From: an uncultured Phycisphaerales bacterium
GTDB taxonomy: Bacteria; Planctomycetota; Phycisphaerae; Phycisphaerales; UBA1924
Direction: 5' to 3'
DNA: 39,388 nt
Assembly: GCA_937891445.1 (NCBI GenBank)
Contig: CALAFV010000276.1
Coordinates: 1-39,388, forward strand
Each line of letters begins with the position of its first letter. The first letter of the stretch is position 1. Positions 1 through 9,400 of this stretch are shown here, piece after piece. The notes beneath the pieces are model-generated. The model searched no databases. It saw only the letters and a list, made by a program, of their open reading frames with translations, and had not been told where the DNA came from. Both the position numbers and the translations under genes were made by a program.

Positions 1-1
1 G

Positions 2-316
2 CTGCCGGTGCAGCCGGACCCGAGCCGCACGCCGCTGTTCGGCCAGCCGTTCCGCTGGTCGCCGCAGCAGCCGTACGGGCGGGCGGACTGGGACCTGATC
101 CTGCGTGGTTTCTTCGACGCTGGTCGCGCGATCAACAGCGACCGGCTGAGTTTCGAGGAGGACCAGACGCTGCTGGGCATCGGCGTGGGGCTGGAGTTCC
201 TGTTCAAGCGCAACCTGTCGGTGCGTGCCGACTGGGGCTTTGCGCTGGAGGAGGTCGAGGGAGAAGTGGACTCGGGTGACAACGAGATCCACTTCTCGGC
301 GACGATCCTGTTCTGA
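2..316 (+). CDS. TpsB-type (ShlB/FhaC/CdiB family) outer-membrane transporter, C-terminal fragment; 5' end lies outside the window
   Basis: The frame is open to the window edge. The C-terminal strands ...LSVRADWGFALEEVEG...NEIHFSATILF end in a terminal Phe, typical of OM beta-barrels. It lies directly upstream of a TPS-domain exoprotein, the classic tpsB-tpsA order. Confidence 0.75.
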   Translation: MPVQPDPSRTPLFGQPFRWSPQQPYGRADWDLILRGFFDAGRAINSDRLSFEEDQTLLGIGVGLEFLFKRNLSVRADWGFALEEVEGEVDSGDNEIHFSATILF

Positions 317-417
317 GGCTGGGTTGGCGGGGGAGACGGCCGGGGGCGGGGGTGTGTTCAAGGACGAAAGCAAACGCCCGCTGCCCGCGCGGGCGACAGA
401 CAGACGAGGAGTTGGTC

Positions 418-3400
418 ATGAAGACGGCGATGGGCAGGAAGTCGAGGCTCGGGGGCGGCGTGGTTGGTCTGAGCCTGGGCAAGTACGCCTTCGTGGGCGG
501 CGGGGTGCTGTCGCTGCTGGCGGGGCCGGTCTTCGCCGGGCCGGAGGGCGGGCAGGTCGTGCGTGGGAACGCCACGATCTCCAGAAGCGGGGACGTGACG
601 ACCATCCACGCGGGCCACAACGCGATCATCAACTGGAACTCGTTCAACATCGCCGGGCATGAGACGGCTCGGTTCGTGCAGCCGGATGCGTCCAGCCGCG
701 TGCTCAACCGGATCAGCGGCGCGGCGCCGTCGGTGATCGACGGGACCCTGCTGGCCAACGGCACGGTGTACCTGGTCAACCCGGCGGGCGTGATGTTCGG
801 CAAGGACGCGGTGATCAACGTCGGCGGGATTTACGCCGCGGCCGGGCACCTGTCGGACGAGAACTTCCTGGCGGGGATCAACCACTTCCAGCACGTGCAG
901 GGGGCGGTGACCAACGATGGGCGGATCGACGCGGGCGTTGCGCACCTGATCGGGAAGCAGGTCACGAACAACGGTGTGATCCTGGCGCACGACGCCATGA
1001 CGATGGTGGCCGGGAGCGACGTGTACATCGGCCAGCATCTGGGCCGGATGATGGTGCGGGTGGACGCCACGGAGGCCGCGGCCGCGAGCGCGACGCCGGC
1101 CTCGACGGGGGTGACCAACTCCGGGACGGTCGCCGCGCCGCGCGTGACGATGGCGGCGGGGGACATGTATTCGCTGGCGATCCGCAACACGGGGACGGTG
1201 CGCGGATCGGACATCGCGCTGCAGGGCGGGCGCGGCGGGAAGGTGGAGGTGAGCGGGACGCTGGACGCGTCGGACACGGCGCCGGGGCGGACGGGCGGGC
1301 ACGTGGAGGTGCTCGGCGAGCGGGTCGTGCTCGACGGCGCCACGATCGACGCCTCGGGCGCGGCCGGCGGCGGCACCGTGCTCGTCGGCGGCGACTACCA
1401 GGGCAAGGGCCTGACGCCGACGGCGCAGCGCACGGCCGTGAGCGCCGACTCGGTGGTGCGCGCCGACGCCACGGAGAAGGGGGACGGCGGCAAGGTGATC
1501 TTCTGGGCCGACGACGCGACGGGGTTCTTCGGGCACGCGTCGGCCCGCGGCGGACCGGAGGGGGGCGACGGCGGGTTCGTGGAGGTGTCGGGGAAGAACT
1601 ACCTGTCGCTGACGGGGACGGTGAACACCTCCGCACCCAAGGGCAAGGTCGGCACGCTGCTGCTGGACCCGACGGACGTGGAGGTCGTCGCGGGCGACGT
1701 CAACAGCCTCGACGACGTGGATGCGTTTCTAGATGACGACATCGGCCCGGGCATGACGCAGATCGGGGCCAACACGATCGTCGAGGGGCTGGACGACGCG
1801 GACGTCATCATCCGGGCCACGCGGGACATCATCGTGAGCGCCGACATCGATGCAAGCGGCAACAGTGAGACGCACGACCTCGTGCTCGAGGCCGGCCGCA
1901 GCATCGAAATCGGCGCGAACATCACGCTCCACGGCGGGTTCACGGCGATCGTGAACTCCGCTTCCAACGACGCCGGGTCCCACCCCGAGGCGGCCGTGTT
2001 CACAATGAACGTCGACACGAAGATCGACACCTCGGCGACGGACTCGCCGATCACGATCACTCTGCTCGGGGGCGCCGGCGGTGCAGACCCGACCGGGCAC
2101 ATCACGCTGAGAGACCTCGACGCCGGCGCGGGCGGGATCTTCGTGACCAACGTCGGGCCGACGCCCAACAGCGGGATCGTCACCGCGGGCACCATCACCG
2201 GCGGGGTGATCACGTTCAACTCGCGCGACGGGGTCCACCTCGGGGGCAATCTCGTCGGCAACGGCGAGGTCACGCTCAACACGGACCTCAACAACGACGG
2301 CAACGGCGGCCTGGGCGTTGACGACGGGTTCGGCGTCACCACGAACAACCACCGGCTGATCATTTCGGGCGCGAACCTGAACCTCAACGCGACCGGCACG
2401 CTCAGCAGCGGCACCGCGGAGATGGTCATCGGGGTCACCAACAACGGGGGCGTCGGCCTGGGCGACGGCACGGGGGAGATGCAGATCTCCGGCTCGGAAC
2501 TGCAGCGGATCACCGCCGCCACGCTGACGATCGGGGCCAACGGCTCGTTCGACGTCAACAACGTCATGGGGGCCGACAGCGCCAACATCGGGACGGTGGT
2601 GCTGGAAGCGACCGGCGGCGATTCCTCTTCGATCACCTTCCAGACGGCGGCCTCGACGTTCCACGCCCTGACCGCCAGGGCCGACGGCGACGTGACGGTG
2701 AGCGCGGACCTGACCACCGACACGGGCGGCCTGACGCTGGAGGCGGACGCGGACGGCAGCGGGATCGGCGAGCTGACGCTGGACGAGAACGTGATTCTGG
2801 ATAGTTCGTCGAACTTGATCCGCCTGGCGGCGGCCTCGTTGGCGATCGACGACTCGGCGGTGATCAGCGCGGGGGCGGCCGACGTCGAGTTCCTGCCGAG
2901 CACGGCGAGCGCGAGCATCGGCATCGAGGACGCAACGCGGGACTTCTACATCCGCGAGGAGGACCTGCTGGCGGTTTCGACCACCGGCGCGGTGTACGTC
3001 GGCCACGTCGACGGCTCGCACCAGATCACGATCGGCACCGACGCCCCGGTCGACCTGTCGTCGAAGAACTACGACCTGGTGCTGCGGTCCCCCGGCGGCG
3101 TCCTCACGCCCGCGGGGAGCGTCACGTTCATCAACAACGGGCTGACGGGCGCAACTAACCGCATCGTGAACTTCGTTACCGGCACGGTGACGGGGCTGGA
3201 TGCCCCGGCGACCTCGGTGACCATCGGCGGGGCGACGGGCACGCTGCGGTTCGAGACCAGTGGGTCGGTCACGATGAACACGGCGGTGGCCCGGGTGTTC
3301 GACAGCCACGCGGGCGGCGGCCTGACGCTTTCGAACACCGGCGCGCTCGACCTGATCCAGGTTGGCGTGGACGGGGCGATGAACGTGGCGGGCACCGGCG

Positions 3401-6400
3401 CGATCAACCTGAGCCAGATCGACGTCAACGCAGGGTCGCTGACCGTGACGGCCGGCGGGGCGGTTGACCTGGCCCAGGTCGACGTCCAGGGGCCGATGAG
3501 CGTGACTGCCGGCGGGACCATCACCGACAGCGGGAACCTGTCCATCAACGGCGCGGTCACGCTCAAGACGCTCAACAACGCCGGCGCGGACATCACGCTC
3601 GACAGCGCCGGCAACATGTTCGGCACGATCACCGCGGCCGCGCTGATGATGGACGACGAAACCCCGGCCGGCGGCGACATCACCATCGTTGAGAACGGGA
3701 CGATCGCGATCAACGGCGTGCAGACGGCGGGCAATGCGTCGTTCCAGGCCGCCAACGGCATGACCCTGGCTTCGGTGAACGTTGGCGGCAACGCGACCTT
3801 CATCGCCGGGCAGGCCATCACCGACTCGGGCGCGCTGACGATCGGCGGCGTGGCGACCTTCCGCACGCTCAACGACGCCGGGGCGAACATCACGCTCGAC
3901 AACACGTCGTCCACATTCGGCTCGATCATCGCGGCGGCGCGCAACGCCGCCGATTCGGCCGACGCCGCCGGCGACATCAGCATCTTTCAGAGCGGGGACA
4001 TGGCGCTCACGACGGTGCGGACGGCCGGGAACGTCTCGTTCGAGTCCACCGGCGCGATGGATCTGGGCTCGATCACCGTCGGCGGCACCGGAACGTTCGT
4101 TGCCCGCGGCGCCATCACCGACAGCGCCGATCTGAGCATCGGCTCGACCTCGACGTTCAGGACGATGAACAACGCCGGCGCGGACATCACGCTCGACAGC
4201 GCCGGCAACGTCTTCGGTTCGATCACCGCGACGGCCCGGACGGCGAACGATCAGAACCCCGCCAACGGCAACATCACGATCGTCGAGAACGGGGCGATGA
4301 CTCTCGCGGTCGTGCGCACGGCGGGGAACGCGTCATTCCAGGCCGCCGGCGGGATGGATCTGGGCTCGGTTCAGGTGGGGGGCGCGGCGAGCTTCGTCGC
4401 CGGGCAGGCGATCACGGACTCGGGCGCCACGACGGTCACCGGGGCGGTGACGTTCCGCACGCTCAACGACGCCGGCGCGGCGATCACGATCGACAATGCG
4501 GGCTCTTCGTTCGGCTCGGTAACGGCGGAGGCTCGCAACGCGGCGAACAACGCCGACGCTCCCGGCGCCATCCTCATCCGCGAAGACTCGACGATGGACG
4601 TCGCGGCCGTGCGGACGACCTCCACGGTCGAGTTGCGGGCGACCGACATCAACATCACCGGGGCGGTGGTGGGCAGCACGATCACGCTGCGGCCGGTGCA
4701 GGCCACGGCGCCGATCGCCCTCAACGGGGCCGACGCGACGTTCTCGCTCTCGACTGCCGACCTGGGCTTCCTGGACGCGTCCAACGGCGTGATCATCGGG
4801 GCGGTGGCGGGCGCTACCGGCGGGAATATCTCGATCGGCCAGAGCGGCGCGATCGACCTGTCCGCCGAGACCTACGACCTGACGCTCCGCGGCAACGCCG
4901 TCACGTTCACCAACGGGATCACGCTGGGCGACAACCGGACGCTGACGTTCAACACCGGACGTGTGGACGGCTCGAACCCCGCGGTTGATGTGACGATCCG
5001 CGGCGGGAATGGGACGGTGGTCTTCGACATCGCGTCCGACGCGACGGCGGGCGTGAACATCGACACCGACGTGGACCGTCTGGGCGCCAGCGATGTTCGT
5101 GTCGGGAACCTGGTGCTGCGCAACGGCGCGACGCCGCTGACGATCGGCGGACAGGTGAACGTCAACACCTCGACGGCGACCATCGAGGCCGACTCACTCG
5201 AGGTCAGCGGGCCGGTCAACGCCGGAGCGATCGTGGTGCGGCCGTTCACCGCCGGGCGGGCGATCAACCTCAACAGCGGCGCCGGCGGGCTGGACCTCTC
5301 GGCGGCGGAACTGGCGAACCTCAATACATTGGGGGCCGTCACCATCGGCGCGGCAAACTCGGGCCCGATCGCCATCGGCGGGGACGGCGCGATCGACCTG
5401 AGCGGTGAGAACTGGGCGTCGCTGACGCTTCGCGGCGGGGCGCTGACCTTCTCCGACACGCTGACGCTCCGCGACAACTCCACGCTCACGCTTGCGACCG
5501 GCGCGATTACTTCTGCCCCGGCCGGGGTGGACGTCGTGATCGGCGGCACGGACGGGTCGCTGGTGATCGACGCCACCGGCGCGGTGGGCTCCGCCGCGAA
5601 CCCGCTGAGCACGGATGTGGATCGCCTGGCCGCGACCACGACCTCCGGGGGCGTCTTCGTCACCAACGCGGGCACGTTCGCCGTTGCGACGATCGGCGGC
5701 GTCTCGGGCGTCACCGCTGCCGCCGGGGAGGATGTGGAACTGACCACGACTGTGGGTGATATCAACGGCGAGGCTTCCTCTCCGATCACGGGCGACACGG
5801 TGACGCTGACCGCCGCGGGCGAGATCGGCGACACCGGCGCGGTCGCGACGGCGACGGGGACGCTGGTCGCCACCGCGGGCTCGGGGATCAACATCTCCAA
5901 CACCGCGCCGGCGCTGACGGCCACGCTCACCTCCACGACCGGGCAGGCACTCCTCTCGACCAGCGGCACGCTGGCGATGGGCGGCGCGTGGTCGGCCGGG
6001 TCGCTCGACGTGCGTGCGACCGACATCGACGTGTCGCAGCCGATCACCACGACCGGCTCCACGGCCATCCGGCGCTCGACGCCCGGGACCATGGGCGTGG
6101 GCGACATCAACCCCGCCGACTTCGACATGTCGCTGACGGTGGCGGAACTCCAGAACATTACGGCCAACGGCCTGATCCTGGGCGGCGGCAACGTGTCGCT
6201 GCTGACCGTCAACGGTTATGACGGCGCAACGCTGCCGAACATCACCGGGACCGTGTCGGTGCTGGCGACCGCGCCGGGCGGGTCGGTCGTCTTCGGCCCC
6301 ACGGCCTCCACCTTCCCCGCGCTGACGGCCACGGCCGAGAACGGGATCGACGTCAACGCGCCGATCGCCACGACCGTCGGCGCGATGACGCTCAACGGCG

Positions 6401-9400
6401 ACTCCGACGGCGCGGTGGATGGCGACGACTCGATCGTTTTCGCCGCGGGGCTGATCATCGAGTCGCAGGGCGCGATGACGTTCAGCGCGGCCAACGGCGG
6501 CATTGTGGGCACCGGCGACCTGACGCTGCGCACGCTGAACACCGGCGCCGACCTGACCATCAACGACTCGATCAACATCGCCGGGACGCTGAACCTCGCC
6601 TCCGGCGGCGCGATCACGCTGAACGCGACCACCGCGGACGTCGTCGAGATCACGTCCGAGGATGGCATCACGCTCGAGGACGACCTGACCACGACGGCGG
6701 CGACGATCATCAACGCTGATTCCGACATGACCGGCCCGGGCACGCTGACCGTGGGGCCGGGCGCGACGATCTCGACGACGGGCCACAGCCTGCGCATCCT
6801 CGCGGCCGACCTGGTGCTGGAAGGCCAGATCACGACGGGCGACGCGGCGCTGACGATCCGTCAGAGCAACGGCGGGCCGATCGCTCTGGGCGCAGGTGGG
6901 ACAGGGATGATGATCTCCAGCGAGGAGCTGTCGCGCATGACGGCCGGCTCGCTGACGATTGGCGGTGACACGACGTCCGCCATCACGGTCGGCGGCATTG
7001 ACGCGGCCGATCTCCAGGGAATCGCCGGCGGCGTCACGCTCGACGCCTCGGCGCCCAGCGGGACGGTCACGTTCGCCGGCGCCGACTCCACGTTCGGCCT
7101 GCTCACGATCAAGGCGGGCGCGGGGATCGCGCTCAACGCCGGCCTGGACACGGGGGGCGCTGCGTTGACGATCAACGCGGACGCCGACGACGACGGAACC
7201 GGCGTTCTGACCGTCGGGGTTGGGGGGACGGTGACATCCAGCGGCGGCGATCTGACGATCACGGCCGCGGACGCGACGATCGACGGCACGATCAGTTCCG
7301 GGGCCGGGGCGTTCACGATCCTGGCTTCGGGCAACCGGCCGGTTGGCCTGGGCGCGACGGCGGTGGTGGACGGGCTCAACCTGAGCGGCGCCGAACTCGG
7401 GAGGCTGTCCGGGGCTTCGCTGACCGTCGGTGGTCCGAACGGCGGGTCGATCACGGTTGATGGGGTCACCGCGGCGGCGAGCCAGGGCTTCGACGGCGGT
7501 GTGAATCTCGTCGCTGGGGCCGATGGCGGGCGCATCATCTTCACCGGCGGCGCCTCGACCTTCCGCTCACTCAGCGCCAGCGCCGACAACGGCATCGCGG
7601 TGAACGCGGACGTCACGACGACCGCCGGCGCACTGACCTTCAACGGCGACGCGGACGGCGCGGCTGACGGTCTGGACGGCATCACCTTCGGCGGCACCCG
7701 GACGGTCACGGCGGCCGGCACGCTCACGCTGAAGACCACCAACGGCAGCGTCGGCGCCACCGGGCCGCTGACGCTCTCGGCCGGCGATCTGGTGCTGGGT
7801 GCGCCGCTCGCGGCCCCCGGGCAGGCGGTGACGATCACCCGCTCCAGCTCCGGAACGATCGGCCTGGGCGACGTGGACGCTGATGCGTTCGACATGACCA
7901 TCAGCAACGACGAACTTGCGTCGATCACCGCCGGCTCGCTGACGATCGGCGGCGACCAGACGACGCTGGTCGAGGTGAACTCGGTGCCCTTCGAGAGCGC
8001 CGACGGCATCGCCGGCGTGCTCACGCTCCGCGCCTCGGCTGACGGCGGGCGCGTCCGGTTCGTGGGCGGCGCGTCGGAGTTCGTCACGCTCACCGTGCAG
8101 GCCGATGACGGCGTCGATTTCGATCAGAACGTAACGGCCCGCCTGGGCGCGATGGATGTGGACGGCGATCTCGACGGCGCGCCCGACACCCGCGACAGCG
8201 TCATGATCGCCGGCGATGTTGAGCTCTCCGCAGGCGGCGCGCTCACGATCCGCGCGACCACCGGCGGCATCCGGCTCACCGGCGGGAGAGGGACGACCAA
8301 CGTGATGCGGTCCGCGGCCGATCAGGCGCTGACGCTCGACCGCGTCACGGCCGACGCCGGCGCGAGCCTCACGTTGACCTCGCAGGGGATCCTCGCCCTT
8401 TCCGGCGTCGATCTGGGCACCGGCGACTTCACGGCCACTGCGGACGTGGACAGCGACACCGACGGCGTCACGTTCTCTCTGCAGGACATCACGGCACACA
8501 ACATCGTGCTTTCGGCCGGCACCGACAACAACGACACGATTCTGATCTCCACCGATTTCGCCGCCGGCGGCAACCTGATCATCCGCAACGCGTCCGTGGT
8601 GGAACTGGCGGGCGACGTGGACCTCACGGCCGGCGGGCACATCAATCTCGCCGAGGGCGTGGGGACGCTGCGTCTCACCGGTGCGGCCGGCACGACGAAC
8701 ATTCTGGAGGCCCTCGGCGACGGCGCCATCACGCTGAGCAACGTCACGGCGACGAACAACGCGAACCTGGTCCTCCGCGCCGAGGACACGGTTGCGATCT
8801 CCAGCCTCAACATCGGTTCCGGCTCGCTGACGATCAACATCGACACGGACAACGACGGCGAGAACGTCGCCACGCTGGGCTCGCTCACGGCCGGCTCGAT
8901 CACCGCGAGCGGCACGGGCAGCAACGACAACCTGACCATCAACGGCGATCTGACGGCCTCCGGCGCGGGCGGCATCACGCTCGAGGGCGGGGCCATCGTG
9001 CTCCACAACAATCTGACGGCCAGCGCGGGCCCGGTCACGCTCACCGGCTTCATCAGGCTCACGAACGACGTAACCGTCGACACCTCGAACGCCGACAAGG
9101 ACGTCAGCTTCCAGGGCCTGATCGACGGCGAGTTCCGGCTGACGGTGGACGCCGGCAGCGGCAACGTGCTCTTCGGCGGCGCCGTCGGCAGCTCGACGCC
9201 TCTGACCGGCCTGATCGTTTCCGACGCCGGCGGCCTGCGTTTCGACGGCAACGTCGCCGTCGGCACGCACGGGCTTGCCCTCTCGGCCGACTCCATCAGC
9301 CTCGGCGGCAGTGTCAACAGCGTCGGGGATGTGACGTTCTCCGGTCCGCTGACGCTCACCACCGACGTCACGATCGCAGGCAACGACGTCACGTTCAGCG

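Noticed and set aside
352-417. GTG 352 as the tpsA start (an extra 22 aa, MCSRTKANARCPRGRQTDEELV)
   Set aside because: ATG 418 has a GAGGAG RBS at the correct spacing and begins a proper signal peptide. The extension is hydrophilic and Arg-rich and looks non-coding.
358-3309. Multiple long minus-strand and off-frame ORFs inside tpsA (358..1536, 962..1636, 1599..2924, 1729..3309 and others)
   Set aside because: All are Arg/Pro/Ser-rich translations of alternative frames of a repetitive GC-rich gene. None has a start context or a recognisable domain.
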